From a virus (taxonomy: Duplodnaviria; Caudoviricetes), in IMG/VR virus record IMGVR_UViG_3300023184_009656, positions 1 through 60,878 of that record: a stretch of DNA of 60,878 nt; one strand, written 5' to 3'. The notes below the pieces were generated by a model. That model was not told the DNA's origin, ran no database searches, and saw only the letters and a list, made by a program, of their open reading frames with translations. The stretch's first letter is position 1. Every line of letters starts with the position of its first letter. The position numbers were made by a program, and so were the translations under genes. Positions 1 to 9,388 of the stretch are shown here, piece after piece.

Positions 1-3000
1 ACTAATTTAAATTCAACTGGCGCTAATTTAAATACTTCAATAAATAATTTAAGTGGATTGTTTACTGGATATACTGGAACTTTAGACGCAACTTATGCAA
101 CAGATTCTCAATTAAATTCAACTGGTAATACATTAAATAATAACATAAATTCACTCAGCGGAACTCTAACTTCCAACTACGCAACGATTACTAATCTTGC
201 ATCTACTGGCGCTACTTTAACTTCTAGTATAAATTCTCTTAATTCTGCTTTCACTGGATTTACTGGAAATCTTGATGCAACATATGCGACTGATAGTCAA
301 CTTACTTCTACTGGAACAACTCTTATTAGTACTATTAATTCTTTGAGTGGCACCTTAACAGGAAATTATTTAACTACTAATTCTGCATCTTCTACTTACG
401 CTACGATTATAAATCTTGCAAGCACTGGTAGTACACTAACAACTAATCTCGCAAGTACTGGTTCAACTTTACAGACAAATATAAATAATCTTAGTAATAC
501 TTATGCGACAATAATAAATCTTGCATCTACTGGTAGTAATTTAAATAATACTATCAATTCTTTAAGCGGAACTGTTACGGGAAACTATGTTACAAAATCT
601 AATGGTCAATTCACTAATCGTCCAACAGTAAATGGCACTGGTATTTTATTAAGTGGTGAAGCTGCTTCTTTACCAACTACAATTCTTTATACAACTGGAA
701 ATCAAATTAAAAGCGGTCGTTTAATAATTGGTGATGATGCAATTAGCATAGTAGATCCAAATTCTATATATACGTTAAGTCTTCAGACAAATAGCCCAAG
801 AACTTGGTTAGAAATTTTAAATAATAGTGGCGCTAATAAAGGAGTATTTTTTGGAATAGAGGGCAATGATTTTGAACAATATAATTGGCAAGCTGGAGAT
901 ATAAAATTCTTTACTTCTGAAAATTTTTCTAATGGAACAGAAAGATTAAGAATAAAAAATGATGGTAAAGTTGGTATAGGCACAAGTTCTCCATCTGAAA
1001 AATTAGAAGTAAGTGGAAATATAAAAGCAAGTGGCGCAAGTTTTATTTATCGCCCAACTGTAAATGGCACAGGAGTATTATTAAGTGGAGATATTCCATA
1101 TGTTCAAACCAATTCATATTTCTATGTTGATGCCACTAGAACAGATTCATATATTGAAAATGGAAATATTTTATATCCATATAAAACTTTAAGTGGAGCT
1201 TACAATGCAGCAAAAAATATTGCATCTTTTCACAATCCAACTTATATAACGCTTCTTAGCCCAATAGCTGAAAATTTAACTATAGATAAAGGATATATTA
1301 ATTTAATAGGAAATAATACAAATAAAAATGATCCAATTAGAATAACTGGCTCATTAGTTTTTGCAGCTACTGGTATTGGTACAACTGCAACAGATAATAA
1401 TTTTTCAATAGGTGGGTTAGGAGTAACGGCCACTTCAAATAATAAATGTATATTATTTTCTGGAAATAACCCTCAAAGATTGTTTATTCAAGATTGTTGG
1501 TTGATAGCAAAAGATAATGGAACTTGTTTATATTCAAATAATACAAATACAACTTCAAGATTGCAAGGAGATATATTAAAATTTAGTCCAGAAGGAGTAA
1601 ATACAACAGCAATTGATATAGTAAGTGGAACATCTTCGATTTCTTTTGCTGAGACTAGTAGTTCTGCAAGTGTTTTAGCTTACGTTAGAAATAATAGTAC
1701 TTTAAATATAAGTAACTCTCAAATAGAAACAAGTGGAGCAAAAGCTTTTCAAGTTGAAAACGCTGCTAGATTAACTTTATTAAATAGCGTGCTAACAAAT
1801 ACAGCGAATCCTTCGACTGGAATATTTTTAAAAGATGCATCTTCTACAGCAGTAGTAGTTGGTTCAGCAATTTCTGTTCCAGCAAACGCTAATAGTTATG
1901 CTATAAATGGAGTAGCTTATTCTTATCTTTTTTATAAAAATCTTTATTTTAGTATAGATGCTGCTGGCCAAAGCACAGAATCAAAAATTGGAAATAATGT
2001 TAATAAAAATTTAATTAATTCATATGATCCAGTAGTTTATAGTATAGGTGATCAAACTATTTCTGGAATTAAAACTTTTGATGTATTTCCAGTTGTTAGC
2101 GGAAATAAATTAATAACAGGAGTAGATTTAAGTTCTTACGCAACAATAACTAATCTTGCAAGTACTGGATCAACTTTAACTAACAGCATCAATTCGTTAA
2201 GCGGAACATTAACCTCAACATATGCCACAATAACTAATTTAGTTTCGACTGGCTCAACACTTCAAACCAATATAGATAATCTTAGCGGGTATATAAATTC
2301 TTCAGGTAGTAATATACTATTTACAACTGGAAGCCAAACTATAAATGGATTTAAAACATTTAATACAGGTATCTCATTTATTTTACCACCAACTGGCACA
2401 GGAATTTTTGGAATAGGCCCTTATATAAATATTACTGGATCTTTAGCTAGTGGAAATTTGTTTACTGGAATTAGTATAAATCTAGGAGCAGATAATAGCA
2501 CTAATGCTGGAACTAATAGATTAATAAGTGCTAGAGTTGGAGGAAGCGATAGATTTGTTGTAAGGAGCGATGGACAAACGACCATTGGTGGAGCAACGAG
2601 CATTCAAAGCAGTATAAGTACAAATAATAATATAAATATGACAGCTACTACTCCTACTATAGTAATGTATGCTGGAGGTAGTCAAAATCTCGTTCTTTCT
2701 CCAGATAATATATCTGGAAATCTTTCTATAAGAAATGGAGCGAATCCAACTCAATTAAGAGTATTTAATCGAACTGGCACGAACACTGGTGAATTTGGAT
2801 TATTTGGTTGGCGAAATAATGAATTAATTGTTGGTCCGCAACAAACGACCTCTGGTGCTCTTCGTGATTTAACTTTAACTGGTGCGAATATTAATATCAA
2901 TGCTTCTGGTGATTTTAACATTTTTGATAATACTAACATACTTGGCAATTTAAATGTAACTGGAAATATTTTACTTAGCGGCAACCAAGTATTAACTGGA

Positions 3001-3867
3001 TCAAGCACTTTATATGCAACCTCAGAAAATCTTGCTTCTACTGGTTCTACTTTGAATTCTAATATAAATTCATTGAGTGGTACATTGACTGGGAATTATC
3101 TTACGACTTCATCTGCTTCTAGCACTTATGCAACTATCACTAATCTAGCAAGCACTGGCTCTACTTTAAATACCAGAATAAACAATCTAAGTGGTTATAT
3201 AAATTCTACATCTAGCAATATTGTATTTACAACTGGAAATCAAACTATCTCTGGAGTTAAAAGTTTTGCTCAAGATACAGTATTTGGCGACTCGGCGCAA
3301 GGTGATTTTTTAGTTATTTCTGGAAATAATTTTACAGTTTATGGAAGTGGTAATTTTACTAGTGGACTTTTTGTAAATGGAAATGCAGTATTAACTGGAA
3401 ATCTATATGCAACTGCAGTTAACCTTGCAAGCACAGGTTCTACTCTTGATAATAAAATAAATAATCTTAGTGGAGTTTCAGTATTAACATTTGGAAATCA
3501 AACAATTAATGGATTAAAAACTTTTACATCTGGAATAGATTTAAATAATTCTAAATTAATTAATGCTACTCCAGATCTTTTAAATGTTTCAGCAAACTTC
3601 AATATAACAGGAACTCAAAATAGCAGAGTAATCCTTGCTAATTCACCAACTATAATAACTGGATCAATTGTTAGTGGCAATCCAATTGGATTTAATACTT
3701 CAATAATTCAAATTAGTTCGGGACAAGTTTTAATTACTGGTATTGGATCTAATGTTATAGTCAATAGTTATAATAATCAATTTAGAACAGCAGCTCAATA
3801 TGCAACAATTTCAATTCTTCATACAGGAAATGATGGATACATAATGTATGGAAATACTAGCACATGA
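1..3867 (+). CDS. Long tail fibre / adhesin-like virion protein, 5'-truncated (coiled-coil repeats, fibre repeats, beta-helix domain)
   Basis: Frame is open from base 1, so the TTG at 58 is not the true start. Many YATITNLASTGSTL...INSLSG repeats, four (Y/F)xxGxQTIxGxKxF fibre repeats, RPTVNGTGxLLSG x2, GKVGIGTSSPSEKLEVSGNI motif, and YFYVD...GNILYPYKTL...ENLTI...INLIG (DUF1565/pectin-lyase-like beta-helix start). Confidence 0.75.
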   Translation, partial: TNLNSTGANLNTSINNLSGLFTGYTGTLDATYATDSQLNSTGNTLNNNINSLSGTLTSNYATITNLASTGATLTSSINSLNSAFTGFTGNLDATYATDSQLTSTGTTLISTINSLSGTLTGNYLTTNSASSTYATIINLASTGSTLTTNLASTGSTLQTNINNLSNTYATIINLASTGSNLNNTINSLSGTVTGNYVTKSNGQFTNRPTVNGTGILLSGEAASLPTTILYTTGNQIKSGRLIIGDDAISIVDPNSIYTLSLQTNSPRTWLEILNNSGANKGVFFGIEGNDFEQYNWQAGDIKFFTSENFSNGTERLRIKNDGKVGIGTSSPSEKLEVSGNIKASGASFIYRPTVNGTGVLLSGDIPYVQTNSYFYVDATRTDSYIENGNILYPYKTLSGAYNAAKNIASFHNPTYITLLSPIAENLTIDKGYINLIGNNTNKNDPIRITGSLVFAATGIGTTATDNNFSIGGLGVTATSNNKCILFSGNNPQRLFIQDCWLIAKDNGTCLYSNNTNTTSRLQGDILKFSPEGVNTTAIDIVSGTSSISFAETSSSASVLAYVRNNSTLNISNSQIETSGAKAFQVENAARLTLLNSVLTNTANPSTGIFLKDASSTAVVVGSAISVPANANSYAINGVAYSYLFYKNLYFSIDAAGQSTESKIGNNVNKNLINSYDPVVYSIGDQTISGIKTFDVFPVVSGNKLITGVDLSSYATITNLASTGSTLTNSINSLSGTLTSTYATITNLVSTGSTLQTNIDNLSGYINSSGSNILFTTGSQTINGFKTFNTGISFILPPTGTGIFGIGPYINITGSLASGNLFTGISINLGADNSTNAGTNRLISARVGGSDRFVVRSDGQTTIGGATSIQSSISTNNNINMTATTPTIVMYAGGSQNLVLSPDNISGNLSIRNGANPTQLRVFNRTGTNTGEFGLFGWRNNELIVGPQQTTSGALRDLTLTGANININASGDFNIFDNTNILGNLNVTGNILLSGNQVLTGSSTLYATSENLASTGSTLNSNINSLSGTLTGNYLTTSSASSTYATITNLASTGSTLNTRINNLSGYINSTSSNIVFTTGNQTISGVKSFAQDTVFGDSAQGDFLVISGNNFTVYGSGNFTSGLFVNGNAVLTGNLYATAVNLASTGSTLDNKINNLSGVSVLTFGNQTINGLKTFTSGIDLNNSKLINATPDLLNVSANFNITGTQNSRVILANSPTIITGSIVSGNPIGFNTSIIQISSGQVLITGIGSNVIVNSYNNQFRTAAQYATISILHTGNDGYIMYGNTST

Positions 3868-4766
3868 TAGTCTTGCCATCAACTTCTTCTGGTTTTATAA
3901 GTAGCAATAAAGCTTTTCCTTATCTTCCTAGATCTATAAGAGAAAATAACTCTTTATATCCTAATAATGAATTTATAGTTTTACCTACTGAAGGTGAAGT
4001 AGCTAAATGGACAGAAAGAGCTCCAAATGGTTGGGGTCAATATTCACCATATTATAATGTATTTTTAAAATATTATTTAAAATCAGATGACAGCGCCGAA
4101 AGTATACCAGCTGGAGGAGGAAATATTCATTGTTTAAAAGCTGCAGGAATTGGCTCACGATTAGGTCTTGGAAGAGTAAGAAATATTACAAAAAATCCTA
4201 TAGGCACAACAAATCTTGCTAATGATTGGAGTTTGTATAATATATCATCTAGTTCTGTTTCAATTACTACTCAAACTTATGTTGATTTTGGATGTTTTTA
4301 TAGAGTAACTAGTAATGACCCAATGAGATCATTAAATTTTGGAGCAATTGCTATAAATTTTTCAAGAGTTACACCTGTTCCTTCTAATAGTTATTTAAAT
4401 TACTCAATAATACATGGTGGCGGAGTTAATCTTCTTGGAAATAATTCTACTTATACATATTTTAATACATATGATGAAGCTAAAACTTATGAAGCATATA
4501 ATCAATGGCTTGGGTCAGCATTTATTAAGTTTAAAAAACTTGACGAAATAAACCAAAGCTCAGTATTTAATCAATGGCAATTTTTAAGTTATAGGGTCAC
4601 AATTCCAACATTTGTAGATACTCCACAAGACGATGGAGCTACTGGTAAAGCTCAGATCTGTACCCTTAGACTATGCTTTTGTGAAAATAATAGTTATCTT
4701 GATGATGGTTCTGGCTTAAATACTGGGTCTATTCAATTTTTATATCCATTTTTGAATTTGAGCTAA
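3864..4766 (+). CDS. Hypothetical virion/fibre-associated protein (beta-rich, possibly carbohydrate-binding)
   Basis: 300-aa ORF with ATGA overlap to the fibre gene; aromatic/Asn/Ser-rich. Confidence 0.5.
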   Translation: MIVLPSTSSGFISSNKAFPYLPRSIRENNSLYPNNEFIVLPTEGEVAKWTERAPNGWGQYSPYYNVFLKYYLKSDDSAESIPAGGGNIHCLKAAGIGSRLGLGRVRNITKNPIGTTNLANDWSLYNISSSSVSITTQTYVDFGCFYRVTSNDPMRSLNFGAIAINFSRVTPVPSNSYLNYSIIHGGGVNLLGNNSTYTYFNTYDEAKTYEAYNQWLGSAFIKFKKLDEINQSSVFNQWQFLSYRVTIPTFVDTPQDDGATGKAQICTLRLCFCENNSYLDDGSGLNTGSIQFLYPFLNLS

Positions 4767-4782
4767 AAAATCATTATTATAT

Positions 4783-4789
4783 AGTGTAA
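4783..4789 (+). promoter_or_regulatory. Putative phage late promoter motif AGTGTAA
   Basis: Intergenic, 10 nt before ATG 4800; the same motif recurs before at least 6 other genes. Confidence 0.65.
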
Positions 4790-4799
4790 TATCTATTAT

Positions 4800-5324
4800 A
4801 TGACCACTAATAAAATTGTAGATATTGCAGATGAAATTTATCGCGAATTAGGCGAACCAACTGATCTTAGTCATGCTAGTATTGCTTTTTGGTTAAGAAC
4901 TAATATTGGCGATCTTAATCTTCTTATTAATAAAAGATTTTACATAAGTGAAGATACTTTTGAAGTAACTGTTCCAGAAGATCTTAATGATACTTTTGGA
5001 GATATTGAAAAAAGCGTATTTAAAATGATTTATAGTATTCATTATTATGAAAGACTTTTTAGAAATGCTCTTGGCGCAGCTAGCACAGATAGCACAATTG
5101 AAATAACAGAAAATGGATTTACTGGCAGAAAAGTTAATAAAAATGAATTAGCAAAAACTTATGCTCAATTAAGAAAGCAAATCAATGATGAGCTTCTTGT
5201 TCTTACTAAAAATTACAATCTTAATGAAGCTAAACCTATTCAAGTTGCTGGAGATGATATTTATCAAGATCCAACAAGACCTTATACTTATACTAGCTAT
5301 CTCAGAAGCATAGAGAATTCATAA
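4800..5324 (+). CDS. Putative head-tail adaptor/connector protein
   Basis: 174 aa, helical; first of four small genes upstream of the tail tube gene (synteny only). Confidence 0.45.
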   Translation: MTTNKIVDIADEIYRELGEPTDLSHASIAFWLRTNIGDLNLLINKRFYISEDTFEVTVPEDLNDTFGDIEKSVFKMIYSIHYYERLFRNALGAASTDSTIEITENGFTGRKVNKNELAKTYAQLRKQINDELLVLTKNYNLNEAKPIQVAGDDIYQDPTRPYTYTSYLRSIENS

Positions 5325-5325
5325 T

Positions 5326-5769
5326 ATGGCTTCATTTTTGTCAGCTGGTGATATTGCAGGATTTCAAAAAGATGTAAATACTCATTTTGATACATTTAAA
5401 AGATTATTAACAGTTCATAAAACACCAGTTAAAAAAATTACAGTTTCTATTCAAAATCCACAAGTTCTTGGATACGAAACTAATTCTGTAGAACAACAAT
5501 TTGAATACGAACAAAGGAGTTCAGATTTTTATGCAATTATATCATATGAAACAGAAAGAAGACCAGATATTATAGAGCAAATTCAAATTAAAACTAATAA
5601 TCCTCTTGTTTCTATTAAAGTTCAAAAAGATGCTAGAGATTACATCTTAAATGGCAAAACAGAAAAAATTGCTTTTGATGATAAAAGTTTTAATGTAGTA
5701 AGCACAGATATAGTTAAAAATTATCAAGGGCTAAAATATTATTTATTCTATTTAGAAGAAGCAAAATAA
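5326..5769 (+). CDS. Putative head-closure (stopper) protein
   Basis: 147 aa, beta-rich C-terminus (KIAFDDKSFNVVS...YYLFYLEE) typical of stopper proteins; position in neck module. Confidence 0.4.
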   Translation: MASFLSAGDIAGFQKDVNTHFDTFKRLLTVHKTPVKKITVSIQNPQVLGYETNSVEQQFEYEQRSSDFYAIISYETERRPDIIEQIQIKTNNPLVSIKVQKDARDYILNGKTEKIAFDDKSFNVVSTDIVKNYQGLKYYLFYLEEAK

Positions 5770-5770
5770 C

Positions 5771-6361
5771 ATGGGCAGCGTAGACTATACTTCTATTCGA
5801 GAGAAGATTAAAAATGTAAAAAAACTAGAAGTTTTGGCTGACAAAAAAGTTCAAGCTGGCGTAGAAGAAGCTAAAAGTAATTTCATAGAACAATTTGAAG
5901 AGCATCCAATTACCAAAGAAATTCAAGATGGCCCAGAAGCAAGTAATTCATCTGGAACATTAAATGGTCAAGGAAATCTTTTTAGTTTTATAGGTTTTGA
6001 AAGAGGATCTAATCCAATCGCGCCAGTTTCTAATTTCTTAAAAAATGCATTTCAAGTTAAAAAGTTAAAAACAGAAATTGGTAGATCAAAAATAGTTATA
6101 AATTATAAAGTATCATATCCAACACAAAAAGAATTAGATGGCTTAACTCCTATGCCTTGGGAACCTGGTAATAGTTGGTTAATTAATGTAGAAAAAGGTA
6201 TATCTGGTTTTAGTAATTATATTAGCAAAAAATTCTCTAAAGGTAGATCTGGAACAGGTGTTCAATCATCAGAAAATGTTAGATCTGCCAATTTCAAACC
6301 AACGAAATATATGTCAGATATAGTTAGTAATTTCTTAAAAAGTGTAAAGAAGATTAAGTGA
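5771..6361 (+). CDS. Putative neck / tail-completion protein
   Basis: 196-aa basic protein with GNLFSFIGF and MPWEPGNSW...EKGISG motifs; position in neck module. Confidence 0.4.
   Translation: MGSVDYTSIREKIKNVKKLEVLADKKVQAGVEEAKSNFIEQFEEHPITKEIQDGPEASNSSGTLNGQGNLFSFIGFERGSNPIAPVSNFLKNAFQVKKLKTEIGRSKIVINYKVSYPTQKELDGLTPMPWEPGNSWLINVEKGISGFSNYISKKFSKGRSGTGVQSSENVRSANFKPTKYMSDIVSNFLKSVKKIK
6341..6347 (+). promoter_or_regulatory. Putative late promoter motif AGTGTAA inside the 3' end of the upstream gene
   Basis: 10 nt before GTG 6358, the same spacing as at 4783. Confidence 0.55.
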
Positions 6362-7209
6362 AAATACAATTTGATAATTTAGTTACTTCTAGTATGATGC
6401 TATTTATTGATAATAAATTGTGTTCTAAAGGAGAAGCTTTTACTAATTATAGTGGTCAAATATATCCTATTGAAAGTAGTTATTACTCTTATAACACTTA
6501 CGCTTTACCATTTAGACAAATTATAGCAGATAGTTCAATTAGTGGCGCTAATATTATGTCTGGAGTTTATGTTAATAATACATTTACTCCTGTTAATACT
6601 AGTAATTTAGTAGGAATTAATCATTATAGAGGTCAAGCATATTTTAGTGGAGCTGCTGGTGGCAATTTAAGTGGCAGATACGCTGTAAAAGATTTTAATA
6701 TATATTTAACTAACAAACCAGAAGAAGAGATATTATTTGAAACTCAATACAAAATAAGGCCAAAAATAGCTCAAAGTTTAACTGGTTTAGCTGATAATGT
6801 TGAAACTATACCATCAATTTTCATCAAAAATAATGGCAGTATGAATCAGCCTTTTGCTTTTGGTGGCATTAAAAATTCAATGTTAGATATAAGAGTTATT
6901 GTTTTAGCTGATAATTTATATAATTTAGATGCTGTTTGTTCAATTTTAAGAGATACAGCCAATACTTTTGTATATACAATAGAATCTAGTGATTTAAAAC
7001 TAGATAATTTAGGTAATTTTACAAGTGGCTATTATAACTATAATAATATAGTAAGTAATAAGGTAAATAGCACAGATAAGCTTTATATTGAAGAAGTTAG
7101 GGTAAGTAAAGTCCCCAATGTAGGATTTAATAGCGTTAATTACAAAAACGTACTATACCCCGCTTTTATTGATTTTACTCTAAGAAAAGTTAGAGCAAAT
7201 TTGAATTAA
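6358..7209 (+). CDS. Putative tail terminator / tail completion protein
   Basis: 283 aa immediately before the tube gene; IPSIFI...PFAFGG...DIRVIVLAD...LDAVCSILRD pattern resembles the tail terminator fold. Confidence 0.45.
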   Translation: MKIQFDNLVTSSMMLFIDNKLCSKGEAFTNYSGQIYPIESSYYSYNTYALPFRQIIADSSISGANIMSGVYVNNTFTPVNTSNLVGINHYRGQAYFSGAAGGNLSGRYAVKDFNIYLTNKPEEEILFETQYKIRPKIAQSLTGLADNVETIPSIFIKNNGSMNQPFAFGGIKNSMLDIRVIVLADNLYNLDAVCSILRDTANTFVYTIESSDLKLDNLGNFTSGYYNYNNIVSNKVNSTDKLYIEEVRVSKVPNVGFNSVNYKNVLYPAFIDFTLRKVRANLN

Positions 7210-7231
7210 AAGTTCTCAAGTGAGATAATTT

Positions 7232-7238
7232 GATGTAA
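7232..7238 (+). promoter_or_regulatory. Variant late promoter motif (GATGTAA) with AGGAG Shine-Dalgarno at 7255-7259
   Basis: Intergenic, upstream of the tail tube gene. Confidence 0.4.
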
Positions 7239-7268
7239 TTTTAAATGAATTTATAGGAGAAAAAATAT

Positions 7269-8084
7269 ATGGGCAATGTAACATACTATCCAGCACAAAA
7301 ACTAACCGTAACAGGTACAGAACTTAATCTAGTTCAAAGCGCAGATGTCGATTTTAGTATTAGTCGTCAAGATATTTTTGAATTCGGCAATCTTTACGCA
7401 ATTGATAACATTCAAGTAGAACCGCCAACCGCTACTTTAAATTTTTCTTACATTCTAGCTACTGGAATTAATAATCACATTCTATTAGGTTTAAACAACC
7501 TAGACGTTTTACTCGCTGATGTAACTGGCAAACAATATGTGTTAAGCGGTGCTGGAGCACTTACAATTCCAAGTGGAGTTATTACTTCTTATGCAGTAGA
7601 AGGCTCAGTAGGAAATGTTCCAACAGTTACCGTGAGTGTTCAAGCTCTCGATGCAACGTATACTGCTGGTCTCCCAACTTATCCAGCGGGTAGCATTAAT
7701 GATATTAATGTTATTCGCCCAGATCAAATTAGTGTTAGTCTCGCTGGAACAAACTACGAATGTAGATCTTTCTCATTCACATTAGATATTCCACGCGAAT
7801 ATGTTAATAAGTTAGGGCAATTAACTCCTATTGCTAATATTTTAACTGGCCCACCAAAGGTTACAGTAGAAGCAGAAATTATTCTAAGAGATAGCGCAAA
7901 TCCAAAATTCGCAAATGATGCTTCCAATAACGTAAACATTGTTTGCGGTTCACTAAATTTTGCGGTTTCTGGAGCCAAACTAGCTAACTTTACTTCTAAT
8001 ACAACTCTAGACGATATTCAAATCGCCTCAGTAACATTAGAAGCACCAGTTAAATCAAATTCTCAAATCACAATCTCTGCTTAA
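7269..8084 (+). CDS. Major tail tube protein with two tandem tube domains
   Basis: Strong RBS; VQSADVDFSISRQDIFEFG...EPPTATLNFSY is repeated as CRSFSFTLDIPREYVNKLG...GPPKVTVEAEI; lies between neck genes and TMP. Confidence 0.7.
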   Translation: MGNVTYYPAQKLTVTGTELNLVQSADVDFSISRQDIFEFGNLYAIDNIQVEPPTATLNFSYILATGINNHILLGLNNLDVLLADVTGKQYVLSGAGALTIPSGVITSYAVEGSVGNVPTVTVSVQALDATYTAGLPTYPAGSINDINVIRPDQISVSLAGTNYECRSFSFTLDIPREYVNKLGQLTPIANILTGPPKVTVEAEIILRDSANPKFANDASNNVNIVCGSLNFAVSGAKLANFTSNTTLDDIQIASVTLEAPVKSNSQITISA

Positions 8085-8090
8085 GGTTTC

Positions 8091-8140
8091 AATATTATTA
8101 TAATAAACTAGACTTTCCGTTTGGTTTATTATATAATATT
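8091..8140 (+). terminator. Long AT-rich hairpin after the tube gene (terminator or mRNA-stabilising stem)
   Basis: AATATTATTATAATAAACTAGAC-TTTCC-GTTTGGTTTATTATATAATATT: ~22-bp stem with 2 G:U pairs and a 1-nt bulge, followed by TT. Confidence 0.5.
8109..8137 (+). promoter_or_regulatory. sigma70-type promoter TAGACT-N17-TATAAT
   Basis: -35 at 8109-8114, -10 at 8132-8137; AGGTAAAAGG RBS at 8145-8154. Confidence 0.6.
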
Positions 8141-8157
8141 TTAAAGGTAAAAGGTGT

Positions 8158-8373
8158 ATGTCAAAGGAACAAGACTATCTATCATTTCAAGTTAGAAGAA
8201 AAGTTACTTCTTTATTCAAGAATTATTTTATAATCTTAGAAGATCTCGTTAGAGAAAATCCTTCTATTTCACAAGAAAAATATAATCAAATCCGTAAAAG
8301 GATTTTAGATTATAGTAATGATACAATTAGAGAAATTGAGCAAGATATTGAACAATTCAAAATTTCTTTATGA
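8158..8373 (+). CDS. Hypothetical small helical protein
   Basis: 71 aa, own promoter and RBS; YNQIRKRILDYSNDTIREI. Confidence 0.6.
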   Translation: MSKEQDYLSFQVRRKVTSLFKNYFIILEDLVRENPSISQEKYNQIRKRILDYSNDTIREIEQDIEQFKISL

Positions 8374-8630
8374 AAAAAATATCATTCAATTTTCCAGCCC
8401 AAAGTATAATTGAGGCTAATTTAAATTTACAATCTATACAAAGAGCTCTTTCTCAAGAATATAAAATCTATAGCCCAAAGCTAGAAACATTAATTAGTGA
8501 TAAATTTATATCCATATACAAAACATGGGATATTAAAAGAAAAGAAGATTTCGTCAGAACAATTGCTGGTAAACTTAACTTTAAGAAAGTTAAATCTTTT
8601 TTTGATGAAAAAACAGGAGAACAAATATGA
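8370..8630 (+). CDS. Hypothetical protein
   Basis: 86 aa, ATGA overlaps on both sides. Confidence 0.55.
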   Translation: MKKISFNFPAQSIIEANLNLQSIQRALSQEYKIYSPKLETLISDKFISIYKTWDIKRKEDFVRTIAGKLNFKKVKSFFDEKTGEQI

Positions 8631-9388
8631 TACCACTTAAATTTTTATACAAATTCAAAGCTATTGAAACAATTGAAAAAGAACAAATCGAAGAGTCAAA
8701 AAATGACCAAGGCGAAGTAGTTAAAACTATTAAAACAGTCAAAGAAGAGAATCCTGTAGAATTCGCAGTTAGAAAACCTAACAGAGTTCTTTTTGATGAT
8801 GCAGAACTTTTCTATGGCGTAAAATTGGCTGAAGCAATTAAAGCTGGTATGTTAACTAAAACATTAATGATTAAAAAGTATGAAAAAGATGGCGGTATTT
8901 TTACTGAAAATGAATTAGAAAGAATTAAAAATATACTTGAATCTCTAGGTGAAACTCAAGCTAAATTAGATATTCTAGATCCAAAAGAAGAAACTAAAGA
9001 ATTATCAGAAGAAGAGAAAAAAGAAAAAGATAACCTTGAAGCTATGCTTAAATCTTTAAGATTAGAATTAATGGAAGTTGAGAATAATAAGAATAATATA
9101 TTTGAACAAACTGCTGAAAATAGAGCTAAGAACAAAATGTTAATGTGGTGGATTTTACAATTATGTTATAGGAAAGAGGGTGAAATATACTCTCCTCTTT
9201 TTGGTGAAGGTTCTTACGAACAAAGGATAGCAAAGTATGATGAATTAGAAGAAGGTGATGATAAATTCTTAAAGAAAGTACTTACTAAGTTCGCATATTT
9301 TGTTAGTTTTTGGTATGCTGGTAAAGCTAATACAGAAGAAGAATTTAAAAATGTAGAAGATTTTGTTGATAAGGAAAATGAATCTTGA
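8627..9388 (+). CDS. Putative tail assembly chaperone
   Basis: 253 aa, acidic and coiled-coil, between tube and TMP; FAVRKPNR motif. Confidence 0.45.
   Translation: MIPLKFLYKFKAIETIEKEQIEESKNDQGEVVKTIKTVKEENPVEFAVRKPNRVLFDDAELFYGVKLAEAIKAGMLTKTLMIKKYEKDGGIFTENELERIKNILESLGETQAKLDILDPKEETKELSEEEKKEKDNLEAMLKSLRLELMEVENNKNNIFEQTAENRAKNKMLMWWILQLCYRKEGEIYSPLFGEGSYEQRIAKYDELEEGDDKFLKKVLTKFAYFVSFWYAGKANTEEEFKNVEDFVDKENES

Noticed and set aside
7214-7225. TCTCA-AG-TGAGA inverted repeat as terminator or operator
   Set aside because: Only 5-bp arms, 2-nt loop, no U-tract and no second copy noticed.
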